Shown here piece after piece: positions 40,161 to 56,359 of a DNA stretch of 64,000 bases. Below the pieces are notes generated by a model. It made no database searches. It was not told the origin of the DNA and saw nothing but the letters and a program-made list of their open reading frames with translations. The translations under genes and the position numbers were made by a program. Origin of the DNA: Chrysomallon squamiferum (Eukaryota > Animalia > Mollusca); assembly GCA_012295275.1 (NCBI GenBank), contig CM022670.1:5456001-5520000 (forward strand), written 5' to 3'. Within the stretch, counting starts at the first letter, position 1. Every line of letters starts with the position of its first letter.

Positions 40161-40571
40161 TTTTTTTTTGTATTGTTTTTGAATAGCTTTTGTATACACT
40201 GTGGAGTAAGAATAAATGTTAAGAATGAATGAGGAAACAAACTAAGAAAGGAGGAATAGTTTATTTAATGATATTCTCAGGATCTATTTAAATGAATATA
40301 TGAATGAATATTTGCTAAATTACAACTGAAAATATTTTAATGATGAAAAGAAGTGAACACTTGTGTTTTTGCAAGGGATACTTTCAGGACAGAACATAAC
40401 TCAGATTTTGATAAACCCAAGGAGGCTCTGGTTGGAATGGGGAAAATGACAGTACAGAACACAAAGAGGAACTGTATTGCTGTGACTTTGTTAAGAAAGG
40501 ACGATCTTTCTAAAATAAATAATAAAAAAAGATCTGATGACCCATGATCCACAACCAATTTATTATTCAAT

Positions 40572-40603
<32 letters not shown>

Positions 40604-41399
40604 GCAGCCTAATTCATAAAATATGATGTAACAAAGACAAAACTCTATTAATTGTTTGAAACCTTAATAAGAGTGATAATAATAAATATGTGTGTGTGTA
40701 ACATATGTATGTATGAGTGCATGCGTAGTTCACAAAATAGGTTACACTGAAACCAAGCAGCTCGCTGAATGTAGCCTGTTTCTTCACACTTGTCAGCAGG
40801 TGTTTACACATTAGTAGACCAGGATATAACAAAACATAAAAATTAGATAAAAATATTTGTTTATTTATTATTAATGCAACAAAATGAAAAGAAGCAAAAC
40901 AAATTACATCAAATCACTGTCAAAAATCATTATTTTACTCAAAAAACATGAGTAAATGTAAATTGAATTAAAATAATAATAATAATAATAATAAATAAAA
41001 AAAATAAATTTTTTTTTTTTTAAATGCAGTAAAATACAACAACAACTTCAATTTTTTCTATTAATAGCAAAGTATCTTTAATACGCATTTTTCTATACGC
41101 AAAACAAATAGCACATCTGAAGATCCTTTAATACACCAATCACGAAAGTATATAAAAAAAATGTAAATGACCAATGATGAACAATAAACGTAGATAATCT
41201 TTGAAAGTAACACCGGTTGGGAAGGCAATACATTGTAAAGATGATTTAGTCACCATTTCTGAGTCACAAAATAAATCACAGTCGTGACATCTTAGTCATG
41301 TGATGTGAGAAGCATGATATAGTCTAAAAATAGCAATTATCAGCTAGAGCTCAGATTTCATATCACCAGATTCAGAACTGTATTGTAATAAACAAATTA

Positions 41400-41518
41400 A
41401 TAATAATAGTAATGAAAGCAACAACAACAACAACATCAATAGTAATAACAATAACAATAATAACAGTAATAATAATAATAATAACTACACTGGATTATTA
41501 CAACTAATATTATTAGTC

Positions 41519-41565
<47 letters not shown>

Positions 41566-42130
41566 GCTACAACTACAAGCTGTATTATTATTGCTACTGA
41601 TACTACACTACTACTACTACTGTTAACAGAACTACCTCATGTCTACTACTATTACTACAACTACTACAGTTATTACTATTACTGTTATAACAACCATAAT
41701 ATTTTTATTTCGACTGGTGGTATTACCTAATCACATTATTACTATACAACTATTACTATTACAAGTACAAAATTAGGATTGTTACTCCTGCTGTTATTAC
41801 TACTATTTATACCACTACTGCTACCATTATCAGTAGTACTATTACCAATACTATTATAACTTCCACCGCAACTACTAGTACTACTACTACAACTAGAAAT
41901 GTTACTACTACCACTACTATTACTATTCCTACTTCTGCAGCTACTATTACTACTGCTACTAGTACTACTATTACTACCACTACCATTGCTACTACAATTA
42001 CTATTACTATTAGTTTGCTACTGTTACTGCTGCTACTACAACTTCAGCTATTAATATAATGGAACAGTAATAGCACTGTTAACAGATAACATAAACACAA
42101 TAACAGTAACTGTCAACACTAACAACAGCA
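41400..42130. repeat. Long degenerate trinucleotide tract (AAT/AAC/ACT)
   Basis: Direct inspection; includes pure (ACT)n at about 41521-41563. Confidence 0.9.
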
Positions 42131-42253
42131 GAAACAGCAGAAACGGCAATAAATAAATAAACGGATGTAAGTGCTACCACTGTTAGTATTTCAGCTTTTC
42201 ATTAAAGAATGACACATAATGTGCCTGGGCAATATTTGTTGTAATTTGTACTT

Positions 42254-42331
<78 letters not shown>

Positions 42332-42531
42332 AACAAAACTATTAATAATAATAATGATGAGATGAAGAACGACAACAACATAACAAGAATAAATAAATAA
42401 ATAAACAAATAAATAAATAAATGTGCTGTAGTAAACCTAGGTAAAACTGAAGTCATGAGGGAAAATAATTAAAGTATATCCTAATGCACAATGCTACCAG
42501 ATGTACTACAACTGTAATCCTAGCATAAGTA

Positions 42532-42562
<31 letters not shown>

Positions 42563-44197
42563 CAAGCATAACATAATAAAAACTGTAGTTGCAACAATAT
42601 GACCAAAACAAAAAAATTTAAAAAAACCCAAAACAAGTTTATAAACCATTAGTTGGAATAAAAAAAGTGATTTCTGAATAGTGAGATTAAAATAAATAAA
42701 TAAACTAACTAACAAATAATCCAAACAAATAAATAAAGTGAAAATAAAAAAAAACCACGCAGATGGTTTCAGACAGAACAATAGGTTTTTTGAGTATTGT
42801 AACTGATGTTGTCAGTGTAGTATAATTTTACACAATCCTACTAGTAGACTGTTACTATAAACCAGACCTTTAATCCCTTCACTTGTGAAATACCAGTTAC
42901 TGTGTAAATTGTCTGAGAAAAGTCTGTTGTGATATGTAACTGGACTAAAAACACTGCAAGTGTAGCAACACAATGACACATTAAAGACACTTTATATATG
43001 TGTGTGTGTGTGTGTGTGTCATTTAAAACTTAAAGTTATGTGCACAAACACAAACACAGATATACAAACACATTCAGATTAACAAACACATTATAAGAAG
43101 CAGATATTTTTTATGTTTATGCAATGATTAAAGCATTTTCATTTATTTAAACACAGTGTGAAAAAGAGAATGACAGAAAAAGATACGAAACACAGACAGA
43201 AAAGGACATTCATAAATATATTTTATTCAGCACACACAAACACTAACGTATAAATTACAGCAGAACTGCATAACACACACACACACACACACACATATAC
43301 AAACAAAACTATTATTATTGTACAGTAATTTATCAATATTTACACAAAAATTTATTAATATTACCCAATGACTTTCTAATATTATAGAATTAATATTACA
43401 CCACCATTTAATATTACACAATAACTTACTAATATTATACAATTAATATTACTGAACGACTTATTAATATTAGTCAGTGACATTAATATTATATAATTTT
43501 CCCACTCACTCACTGACAAGGCACTTGTATGCATGCATGTATTGACTCATTTTAGAAACATACTACACCCAGGGTATGAAATGATCATTTTAAAATGGGT
43601 TTTTTCATGTCTGAAGCAGAATTTCAGATGCAAACAAGAAAGCAGGATGTAAACCAATATCCAAGTCAAACTGCAGATTGCACAATCAGTGTTACATGGC
43701 AAACAGCTGCAAATAAATGTCTTTACCTTTACCTTTGTCCACTAAAATAGCAATTTTAGGTCAAATTTCTTTATTTGGTTAAACCAGATTCTGTTAGTGG
43801 TTGAATGCTCAATTCAAGTGTGACAGGTTGCATGTTCATACCTTTCTTGGCATGCTAATTTGATAATTTTCCCAATCTAGCCAAATGCTCCAGAGCTGTT
43901 CTTTTTAAATTCAATACTGTATGTATTATTATATATAGTAAGATATATATGGATATGACGTTTTCCGTCTAAAGTCTTCAGTAAACTGAAAGAGCCAAGA
44001 TGTTATCAAGTAGTACAAATAAAGTTAGTCATTATGAAGAATTGATCCCATGACTTTTTACATGTAAGCACTGGACACCTGCTCTAGGCTGTGTGACAAG
44101 TGTTATTTTTAAATGGTAATGAATGACTTACAGTCACTGTACTGAAATGCAGCAAATGTTCAGACAAGTTTATCATGGGCACAAAACCCAACATACT

Positions 44198-44410
44198 GTC
44201 AGTGTCAGTGTCAGTGTTTGTGTTTGTGTTTGTGTTTGAGTTTGTGTTTGCATTTAGTGTTAGTGTTAGTGTTATTGTTAATGTTAATGTTAATGTTAGT
44301 GTTAGTTTTAAAGTCAGTGTAAATGTGAGTTTGTGTTTGTATTAGTGTTGGTGTTAATGTTAGTGTTATTGTTAATGTTAATGTTAGTGCTAGTATTAAT
44401 ATTAATGTTC
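44198..44410. repeat. Degenerate hexamer repeat (GTGTCA/GTGTTT/GTGTTA/ATGTTA)
   Basis: Direct inspection. Confidence 0.85.
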
Positions 44411-44909
44411 ATGTGCTTATACCAAGACAAATGTGGTATGTCTGTGGATTATACAGAGAGAAAAAGGAATGATAGACTAATTATCTCCTATAAGCAAACA
44501 GCTTGTGTGTAGATTCAATTCAAGAACCTCCCAAGTCTGGAGGATTAATCTTAGTGCTGCTAATATTGATAAACTGCAATTGTTTTACAGTATTTAATAC
44601 TGCAGTGGTTTTATTAAGCATTTTACAGTTCCAATTTTCCAACAGTTCTGCAATGGTGTATCAAATATCATGATGTTTGCTTTTAAAGGTAGTTATTATT
44701 GTGTTATTTATTTATTGTATTAATTAATTAACTAATTATTTATTCTTTACAATTTTTGTTTTTATTTGTTTACTTTCTTTATCTTTAACCTTTACCTGAA
44801 TCTTTAAACAAAGACATTACATTTTATTCATGCCTCTAGGGTATGTAAATTTATGTTTATTGACATTTTCAAAAACTATTATTCAGGTCTGTATTAATTG
44901 GTTTTTACT

Positions 44910-44965
<56 letters not shown>

Positions 44966-46130
44966 GACATACAGAGAGAAAGAGATACAGAGACACTGAG
45001 ACACTGAGTAAGAGAGAAAGAAAGAAGGAGAGAGATATAGAGAGGCTCATAAACAGAGTGTATTTTTTTTTTTTTTTTTTATTTATTTATTGTTGTAATT
45101 TTATTTGTTTATCTGTGTCAGAATATGAATTAATGTATAAATGTAACCAAAACATTTAATTATATTTTTCAGTGCAATAGTTTTTCACACAAAAATAGTA
45201 TATAAACACACACACACATACAGAGATAATACTTATATCTATCAGACAGTTACAGAGAGATGACAATAAAATATTAGGCTATATATCTACAGATGGCAAA
45301 AACAACAAAAAAATGTTATTTTTCTACATATGACGAAAGTTACATATATAACTATTAAGGAAATAACAAAATATATTTTTTATCTTTTTAACAAGATGAC
45401 AGAAATTAGTAATATTAGAATTTACCTTTATGAGAGCGATACAGACAGAAGGCAATCAATTTTATATATCAAAATACACAGACAGCTAATATGCAGCAAA
45501 ACAGTGTTGTTTACCTATACACAAAAGTTACATACAAAGATAACAAAAAATATTTTTACCTTTCTCAGAAAGATATGGAAAGAGATAACATTAGTATTTA
45601 TCTGAACAAGAGAGTTGACAGTATTTTTTCACGTGATAGTTGATGATACACAAAACCAGCTGACTGAACAATCTATAAATAAACACAACACCATACCTAT
45701 AAATACAAAGACACCTACATCAATCAGAAATAATGGGAAACCTATCATACACTGATCTAATAAAATAAGTAGGCCTACAGGTAGTACATGATATAAACAT
45801 ATCAACAATTAATATGGCTTTTAATTACAGTAATTAATCAGTAAATAAGATAGCCTTTGTTTATGATAAATTAATTTACAGTATAACAATGTGTTCAACT
45901 GTAGCAAAGAAATATTGAAATAATAAAATTATTGTTGATAAATAAGTTTATAGATGTCTTTTTTTACAATAATTTTTTTACAAATTATTAATAAAATATA
46001 CTTTAAGAAAATGTATCAATAATATTAATAAAGACAATTGTTAACTGAAGTAAATTAGTTAATTATTAAAATGGCTTGCAGTTTGTGATATATAATTAAG
46101 AAATTAATATTTTTCTTCACTATAGCATAT

Positions 46131-46183
<53 letters not shown>

Positions 46184-48959
46184 AATGATTAAAATAACTA
46201 ACAATTAAGATAAGATTTATAGTGTGCAGTCAGCTATGTTATGCACAGGTTTGGCATCTGTATTTTTCACCAACTGCAGTTCAGACATTTTTTAATTTTT
46301 TTTTTTACATCACAATAGAGTAAATTGTATTATTTTGGTTGTATACAGCATGTTGTAGTCAGTGTAATTTATGAGGTTTTTCAACACTTATTAGTCATAC
46401 ATGTAGGTGGGGTTGGAAGGCATGAACATATATGTGGTAAAAATTTTACACAAGTATCCACAACAACTGCTCTTTTTGCACATCCTCAGGGTGTTTCTGG
46501 AACCACATACAAATCAGTTCAGTTGCATAAAAACCCCACCCAAAAACAATACCTTGACACAGAAGAAATGTTTTATTCAACAAAGCGTTTAAATCTACTG
46601 CTCTAAGGTATCAGACATGAACTGAAGATCACACAAATAATCAGATAAAAATACCAGAAGACAAATAACGGGCTATTCTTTTGCAATAAGCAAAAGGTGC
46701 TTTTTATATTCACCTTCTCACAGAAAGAAGACACAGAGCACTGGCTGGAATGCGATATTACCCAAAGGACACAAAGAGAAGAATTGATCCTACAAACCAC
46801 TGAGCCTCAGCTCTGCACTTTGGGCACTGAGTAAACAATCTTACCCCAACAAGCTAAACAAATGCAAAAACTTTTAAACTGTATATAATAATAATAATAA
46901 TAATAATAGTGTGTTATGGAAATGCTTCTGGTATTCAGTTACAACAAATATATGAAATGAGACTTTAATTCAACTGACATTCAATTCAGTTTAATGTTGT
47001 ACATGGACTGACTTCACGTCTCTAAACTAATGTGTAAAAACATGTTTTTATCTGTGCATATATAAGGACATGAATAAAAATAAAATGTTTTATGGCTTTC
47101 ATATAACATTTAAGAAATAAAGCAAGTTATACTGCTAGTAGACAAATAATGCAGAAAGTATAAAAATGGTATGTAATGGTAGTAAGGCATGTTGAATCCA
47201 AAATGAAAGGGGGAGGTATATGACACTGACACTGGTAATATTACCTTTTCAAAATGTCATTTATTTCAGATAATTCAGATTTCATTTTTTTTTTTTTTAA
47301 ATAAAACCTTTTTATATTTACTTTGTAAAAAATAGGTAATATATATATATAGCTCTATATGCAAATATGACTGTCACAGGTTTAATTTTATATAATTAAA
47401 TATATATATATAATTACATACAATTAAACCCTGGCAGCCATATTTGCTTAAATAGCCATATAATGTTTTTCACTTTTTTGGACGTTGGAAGTATGGGTAA
47501 CATATACATATAAAATTACACACAATTATACCCACAAGGGCCAAACAGGCATATAACATTCCTAGTACTTGAACTTACAGTGATTATTTTGAAATTTATA
47601 CCGGAATGTGAAATAAGTAAGCTGATTTGAAATAACTTCAGCTTTAACTAGATAAATATATGAAAACTCTTGACAGTAACACACCCAGTTTTCCAGTCAG
47701 CGGCCTACATCTGTGTCAGTGTGAACGTTGTCTGCTTGGTTCAACACAACAATCAACAGCATTCAGGCACAGAACCTACGTATACTTTTACTTGTGTTCA
47801 GTCAAGCGTGAAAGAGTCAATAAAAGCAAGTGTATTACATGTCATCGACTTAATGGGTCACATTAAACTAGTCAGTAACTAGTCTGACTTGTCACTGTTG
47901 ATGCCTTAGGTGTCCTGTCACTGTCACTGTCTCATGTGCCTTGTTACTGTTAATAATGGGGCATGTGCATGTGTGCTTGTGTGTGTGTGTGTTTGTGTGC
48001 TTTACACTATTAATTTCTCATGTGCATTATCACTGTTGGTGGGTAACCAGGCTTTTTACATCAGTATATCATTTACTTTGTCACCATCTGAAACTGTCAC
48101 TCCAATATCATATCATATGTGACACTACCAATGTATTACCTAGTGCGTCACTAATGAATATGTCATCAAGTTTGTCAGTATCAATGTGTCGCCTAGTTTG
48201 TCACTATCTATGCCATCAAGCTTGTCACTTTCTATATAGCAACTGCAGAATCTGCTAATTCAGTCATTTAAAACAGTTTGTTTTTCTGGTACCATATTCA
48301 TCAAATGCATGCTTTATCACATTTTGATGTGAGATAAAAAAAAAAAAAAAAAAAGTAAAAAAAATATTTGAACAAAATAAATTAACAAATATTTACTTCA
48401 ATAAATAATTAATTTCTTTTTCACTTTTCCTCACACATAATTATCAATAAAATCTTGGTTTTGACTTGTACATAAAAAAGAAAATGAATATAAGGCCACT
48501 TTAAACCAGACCATCAACATTATGTCAAAACTAAAATCAGTGAAATTTGTCCAGGTATTTTTGACCTCACCTGGCAGGTAAACAGACACTGTTATCAGCT
48601 GATCAATAGCCACTATTAGTCAAGATTGAGGTTAAATCAATACAAGTGTTACAAACTAGGAGGTGTCTCGATATCAGGTTAGATAACAATGTGCAGACAT
48701 TGTCGTAACTGTGTCTGTCTTTAGAACCTCTTAATATGTAATTTATTAAAGTGGGTGTGTTATGTATGTATAATAATGGGACATGTGTGTGTGTGTGTGT
48801 GTTTGTGTGTATGTTTGTGTGGGGGGTATTTGTGTTTATAGATATGTATATATTTGTGTATTTGTTTGTGTTTGTATGCATGTATTTGTGTAAGGCTGTA
48901 TGTAAGTATGTACATGTTTATGTGTAAATGTATTTCATACAGGTGCATGTTTGTGTATG

Positions 48960-49032
<73 letters not shown>

Positions 49033-50198
49033 ATGTACAGAGTGAGAGTAGAAGAATAATATAGAAAAAAGAGAAAAAAGAAGATAAATTATTTTATATA
49101 GATTGAATAAAAAGGAGAAACAGAAAGATACATACACAGAGAGAAAGACAAAGAAATAAATTAAGAGAGAGAACAAATGAATATATATACATAGAAGAGA
49201 AAGATAACTGAAATATAATATAATAACTATACTTATAAGTTACTACAACTAACCATATACTAACTACTACTTCATCCTTCTTTTGTTTAACCTTGGAACA
49301 ATTTCAGTTTACTTGACATTCCGATAAAATCAGATTCTGTACTCCCAATAATCAAAGTTAAACAGCTGTGAGCATGAAAGCATGTTCAAAATAAACTGCA
49401 CTCAGTTGTATTAAATGACTTAATTGTCAAACACAGATTTTATTTTACAAACATCATTACATAAATAAGTAAAATAATCTCTGTCATCTTAAACTGGCTG
49501 CAAGTAGCTGCTGTTTAAATAACAGTAACATGCATGATTAGGTGTGATGGTTACATTTTGTTTGAATTTTTTGTTGTTGTATTACTATAACAAAAGAAAT
49601 GAGGATCATTAATAAGAAAACGGTGTAGTGAGAAATGACCAGATTGCCAGTCAAGTAATGGGTTTGTGTCAGACATTGTGATTGGCTGAAACTGAAATTA
49701 CCAAACCACTACTGTATTAAGCTGTATTTAGGAATAGATGTATGTATGAATATCTGTCAAACAATTCCTCCTTGTATTTTCAGATAATCGTCATTAAAAT
49801 ACTGAACATTAACAGTATTGTTGTTAGTTTTTTTATGATAACACAAAAGACAAAAAGCTTCAGCCATAAATCATGCAGATAACCCTTTTTTTAATTAGCA
49901 AGAAAATGGCTTTTATATGAGAGGAAAGGAGATACTGTTTTCATAATTAGAAATGTCTAGAATTCTGAAGAGTGCACCAAGAAGAACAAATCCTGTAACA
50001 TCTTATGTCTTTGAAGAATGTATTAACCACTTAGAATATTATTTTCTATCAGACTTTTCTTTTTAGTACACAGCAAGAGATCTTTTATATAATTCTTCAC
50101 ATAATTAGAAAAGTAGATACCACTTTTTTTGACCTATGCATATTCTTATTCCTCCAAATAATTTTTTTTTCTCTCTGTATACATTTTTCGTTGTCAAT

Positions 50199-50277
<79 letters not shown>

Positions 50278-50642
50278 TCTCTCCCTCACTCTCTCTCTCC
50301 CTCACTCTCATTCCTATTCTCTTTATCTTTCACTGTCAGCATGCCTCAATCATTTTACACCTGTCAGTTTTGTCAAATTAGCTTTTACTAAAGATTACTG
50401 ATCAAACAGATACATTCCCTGATCCAAACTGAAAATGTCAGATTATAAATTCAGAATTTTAATGACCAGACACTAGGTATTCATTTCTGTACGTAGTGAT
50501 AACAGTGTAATTTTATTTTACCATGATTAATACATGTAATAATTGATAACTGTCATTGCTGTTTAAGAAATGATTTTATAAATTAAATTGACATTTATCT
50601 TAGTCATAAAATAATGTATAACATAAAGAGACACACAGACAT

Positions 50643-50683
<41 letters not shown>

Positions 50684-51330
50684 TGCAGTAGAAGGAACAT
50701 TAGCAGTTGCAACTGTAGAAATAATAGTTTTGGTAGTAGCAGCTGTGGGAATAGGTGTAGCAGTTGTAGAAGTGGAAATAGTAGTAATAGTAGTAGTAGT
50801 AGTAGTTGTTGTTGTAATAATAGCAGCAGCAGCAGAAACAGCACTTGAAGAAAAGCAGAGCTACTATTAGTTGTATACGTCATAGCTATAATGGTCAGTA
50901 GTAGTTCAGATAGCAGTAGCAATAACAGTGACAGTAACAGTAATAAACAAACAGGCCTGTCCCTTCTAATGTGTTAATCAAAGATCATGCAATGTGCTCT
51001 TTGGTTGTTGTTTAGTGTGTAGAGGAATATTCTTATGGCTGACAAAAAGAAATTTTCATTAAGTGCTCTGTTTCTCCCAATCATCTTGACATCTGGTAAT
51101 CATCAATATTAAAATGTTGTAAGTGTTGACACATGAGCACTTCCATTCTATTTTATGAGTAACAAATTCAATGTTGGGACTAATAAAATGTTTTATAAGC
51201 TTGGGGCAGTCATATAGTTTTTATAACCCAACCACCCTGTCAGCCATGTGACATTTCTATTTACTTGTTTATAAATTTCACTACATGCAACTATTCCTCT
51301 TATCAGTGAGTAAGACAAATTCTTGAGAAG

Positions 51331-51492
51331 TCCCTTTATGGTATAGTAAATCACTCTCCCCATAACTCCCTTTTTGGCTTAGTAAAACACTTTCCCTATA
51401 ACTCCTTTATGGCTTAGTAAATCACTCTCCCCATAACTCCCTTTATGGCTTAGTAAATCACTCTCCCCATAACTCCCTTTATGGGTTAGTAA
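51331..51492. repeat. 36-bp minisatellite, about 4.5 copies
   Basis: Unit TCCCTTTATGGCTTAGTAAATCACTCTCCCCATAAC repeated with few changes. Confidence 0.95.
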
Positions 51493-54062
51493 GTTACAGT
51501 CCTGAAACCTTCTTGGTGACATTTTTCAAATATTTATTATAGTCTCTTTTAACATTATACCTCCCTTTAAGTTTAACAAGTCCTTTAAAATAATTTAAGA
51601 GAACACTCTTTATAGAACACTCTGATGTTTTGACATGAATGACCTCCATAAATTCTTTGGTATGTTTTTGAAATAATCTTCTCTATGAGTGCCTTGAACA
51701 GCTGAAGAAACAAACACTTTTCTTTTAATTTTTCTTGATAAACCTGAAGCAACACCCTCTCTGTAATTCTGTTTTTACCATTGTTAGAATTGGACCATTT
51801 ACTCCCTTAAATTAATTAGAGTTGGTTCCAGCCCTCTTTTAAATGGTGTATGTCTCTGTCTTTCCCATCATTCCAGATTTGGAGTCACAGTCTGCTACTT
51901 CTGCTTTCCCTTAATTGGTCAATATCTGTACCCTGCCCTTTTCCCTTACCTTGTTGGTGCCAGTTCCTTCCCCTTTCCCTTAATAACTTAGTGCCAGTAC
52001 CTTGCCTATTACCTATTAAAGGATTGACAGCGTTGCAGCCTTTTGCTGTGTTGTTAATAGAATCACTCTAATTCCACTGTTGATTTTTTTTAATAGTCCT
52101 GATTAATAAAATGACATTTTCACTAACTGTAGAATTTGGTACTTAAAATAGAGAAAAGGTTATAAAAATAGTTTATATTTATTTATTTATATTAATTTAT
52201 GATGTTTATAATACATCTTTTTATTCTTATTTTTTTCCACTTTCTATTATTTATCCTCAGTAATTAAGTAAATAAAAAAAAAAAAAAATAATAGTAATAA
52301 TGATAATAATAGTAATAAAAAACAATTAAAAATATGAGAAAACATGATTAGTGCTTCATCAAAATGAGAGTTCCATCAAACTGTTGTGACTTTCCGACAT
52401 TCTTCAAGTTACATATCAGTGTGAGAAACTGTGCAACATGATTTATAGACTTTCTCAAACAATTTTAATTACTCTTTCCTAAACGTGTAATTAACATTCC
52501 TCACATACAAACAAGATGAAAACTACAAATAATTATCCAGTTCCAACTTCTACTCACTTTGATCCATTCATTTGAAAAACACTGGTAATGCAATGCAAGT
52601 TATATTATTCTGTGTATATTATTACATTATTATCTGTTTCACTTAACTGATAAATAATTTATGTTTTCTTGGCTTTTAATAAGCAATGAATATATAAAAT
52701 AATTTGTTATAGCTGTATAAATTGAAGTGTTAAGGTATTGAAATGCTATATCAGATTTGTTTTATGAATAATAATTTAAAATAATATTCTATTAACATGA
52801 AAGTATTATTAAATAAAGATTAATTACAAAATAAAATCTCATCACCTATCAGTAGGTATGATTACCAGGAGTGTAATATTGCTGATATTTATTAATACTA
52901 TATATATATATCCTGTATTTATTAATGCTATAAATAATTATTAATTATGAGAATATGTAACCAAATAAAATGTCCCCAATCTATACATACACTGTTAACT
53001 GTGCACTGTGCATTAAATCGAGATATGTAATACTGATGGTGCACGCTAAGTATATTTTTAAATTTATGGTTGAAAACAGGTATTCCATTACTGACAAAGT
53101 AATTTTAATCATCCTTAAATAAATGTTATTTATCTTTTTATCATAATTTCATCAAACTAAAGAGTCCGAAACCAAACCTGTACCCTCAACAAACCCACCT
53201 GGCATTTTCCAAAAATTGCAATTTCATTGATATGTGTAAAAAAAAAAATTAAAAATTCTATTATCAGTTATAATTAGTTAAAAAAAATTACACAGCATAT
53301 CCATGCATTTAATTTTACACATTATTTCCTAAACTTGACATTCATGTGATGTCTTCTGTTTATCATGCAACCTCATTGGCCACACGCATTTTACCACCAC
53401 ATGCCAACAGACTCTAGAAAAGCAATATCCTTTGTGTTTTTTAATTTTAAAAATATATTTAAAAAAATATATAATAAATGATATTATTACATATTACATC
53501 AAACCTGAGAAGGTAGCTAGCATCTTCTTACTTCTTGTTAACACAAATTAAAAAAATTGAACAAGAATTCTTAGAAACTGCAGACGTCATTAAACAACAG
53601 TCATCAGATCTTTTCAGACTAAGAGTAATTGCTAATGGACCCACCCACCACCCACCATATCACCACAACCTGCTTTTCACATATCCCGCACACATGTAAC
53701 ATGTCCCAGGGTACAGTGTCTTAAATGTGTGGCAAAAGAAAAAAGAAAAAAAAAAATACATGTTTTAAAGCATGCATGGCTAACTGTGAATATCAGGCTA
53801 TATCAGGTATGAACAGTGACATATGCTGTTGACTCTGTCACTGATATCACCAACCAGGAAGTTGACAAATAATCAATCATAACAAGCCCTGGTTTTCAAT
53901 TGCAGCCGGCTGTGAGGAGATCATTAACTGCACTAATCATGTTAATCCAGAGATATTTATTTATTAAGCAATTTGTTTGCTTTTGTAAGTCCTTTCGGCC
54001 AGTGATTCAATTTTTTTTTTCAGTTTTAAAACAAGTAGATATATATATATATACTGGAAACT

Positions 54063-54097
<35 letters not shown>

Positions 54098-54150
54098 TTT
54101 TATTTTACTTTTCCTTCTTTACACTCATTATCATCATCATCATCATCATA

Positions 54151-54219
<69 letters not shown>

Positions 54220-54292
54220 AAGTTATTCATTTACTTTTTATTATTTTTTTCCTTCTTTACACTCATTATCATCATCATCATCATCATCATCA

Positions 54293-54384
<92 letters not shown>

Positions 54385-55609
54385 TTCTTGATAAATATTT
54401 AATATCAGGTATTTGTGGAGACTGCACAGTGATAAGAAATGTAAACAATTCCTTTCATGTATACCCCCCAGTAAGCTTGAATCCTCATTCATTTCAATTA
54501 TTTATTTATACACACATGTTAAAGACACACAGTTCAATTATTTATCTATTCAGCTTTACTATTTAAAGGCTCACTGGTCCTTCTAATACTGTGAGCAACT
54601 CATAGTGAGCAAGCGATACATTTCCTCTTTTATGCTATTATTAAAAAAAACACTTGAAACACTTAACAGTTAGTACAAATTATATCACAGTGATATACCC
54701 ACTTAAAAAACAACACTTACTCCAGTTGTTAAAAGTACATTGCTTAATTTGATAAATGAGTAAAATCTTTACTTTGCTAGTTAAGAAGGAAAGTTATCTC
54801 TGTAATCTGCTTTCTGAATGAAACCTTCTTGTCTCTGATTTGGCTGGTGACACTAAAAGTGTTCTTATCAGTTAGCTAGGATATTTAGTCATGTACATAT
54901 TATATGACAATAACAGTGATTGTATTCCAATACTAAACAATTGCAGAAATGTGATATATAGCAGTTGGTTTTCACCTATTACATATATTTTCCCATATGC
55001 AGCAAAACACACAGATGCACACATACACGTATAAACATTCATGCACCATAGAATATACAATTCCAGCCATGACCTTATATCTGATATAAGAAAAAATAAC
55101 TCAAAGATTGGTAGCTGATGCTTCAAAGATAATAATATATTTTTCTAACTGTGAGAAGGTTCTTACAATAAAACCCTTGTTGCTACGTGACAAGAGTAAC
55201 CCTTGGAATGGAGGCAGCTGTTCTTTTTCTAGAACACTCATTATGCAAAAAGCATGTGCACTACTAGTAATTGGTAATACATAAACACAGGTAAACAGAT
55301 ATTCACTGTGACAACATGCTATCAGTAGTTAAAGAATCAGTTTTGTTCCCAGCTGCCTGGATACAGGTCTCTATCTAAGTGAATAGCTACACTATATACA
55401 ATGATATTATTAGTCACAGTACACATCTGCAGATTCACAATTACTCATCGTTATTCAGTGACATATATATATTTTGTTTACATACGTACAATGGTGGGTG
55501 TGTGTGCATTTGAGGGCAAGCTTTAGTGCATGGATATGTCTATGGCAATACTTAGTTTCACAAACACACACAACACACAAACACACACACATATACATGC
55601 AAAAAGGCA

Positions 55610-55762
55610 TACACACACACACACACACATACATACATACATACATACATACATACATACACACACATACATACACACATACACACATACATACATACAT
55701 ACATACATACATACATACATACATACATACATACATACATACATACATACATACATACATAC
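55610..55762. repeat. Compound (AC)n/(ACAT)n microsatellite
   Basis: Direct inspection. Confidence 0.95.
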
Positions 55763-56023
55763 AAACAAACACACACATGTGCATAACACATACAATCATA
55801 TATAAAATCTTCAAACACACAAAAAAAAGGGAATATTTACAATAACAAATACAAATGCATTTCCATGCATTCTAGGTAACAACAATTAAATTTATTCAAA
55901 CAGAACATTTATTCATACAAATTTACACTCACAAATAACAATCTCATCAATCATTTGTCCATCTTTTTTGTATATAAACTTCACAATTACAGATATATGC
56001 ATAGAACGCACACACATGCGCAA

Positions 56024-56067
<44 letters not shown>

Positions 56068-56153
56068 CATAGAATTATACCTACAAATGTTCAGAGAGAA
56101 GCTTCTCTCACACATAAAACATGCACATACAAAATAAGTATATTCCTACGTAC

Positions 56154-56172
56154 CATACAGTGAAATTTCCAT
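56154..56172 (-). CDS. Candidate first coding segment (MEISLY) of the unrecognised gene, in an exon of about 56154-56366
   Basis: actATGg Kozak context, strong donor G|GTACGT at 56153, downstream of a TATA box; phase 1. Confidence 0.35.
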
Positions 56173-56359
56173 AGTTAACAGTGTCAGGTTACGATCACCA
56201 TCTCTGCATCACTTTGTCCAGGACCAGGAAAAACTTGGTCCTCGTCTGAGTGACTGTCCACTGGTATTGATTCAGTATAATCAATGTTTACAGGACTCGT
56301 CAAACACAACACAACACAACCAGCTTGCAAAAACAAAACATCAGTGCAGTCTTTGACAG

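Noticed and set aside
51331-51492. 36-bp repeats of CRISPR-like length
   Set aside because: Head-to-tail with no unique spacers, no cas genes, eukaryotic context: a minisatellite.
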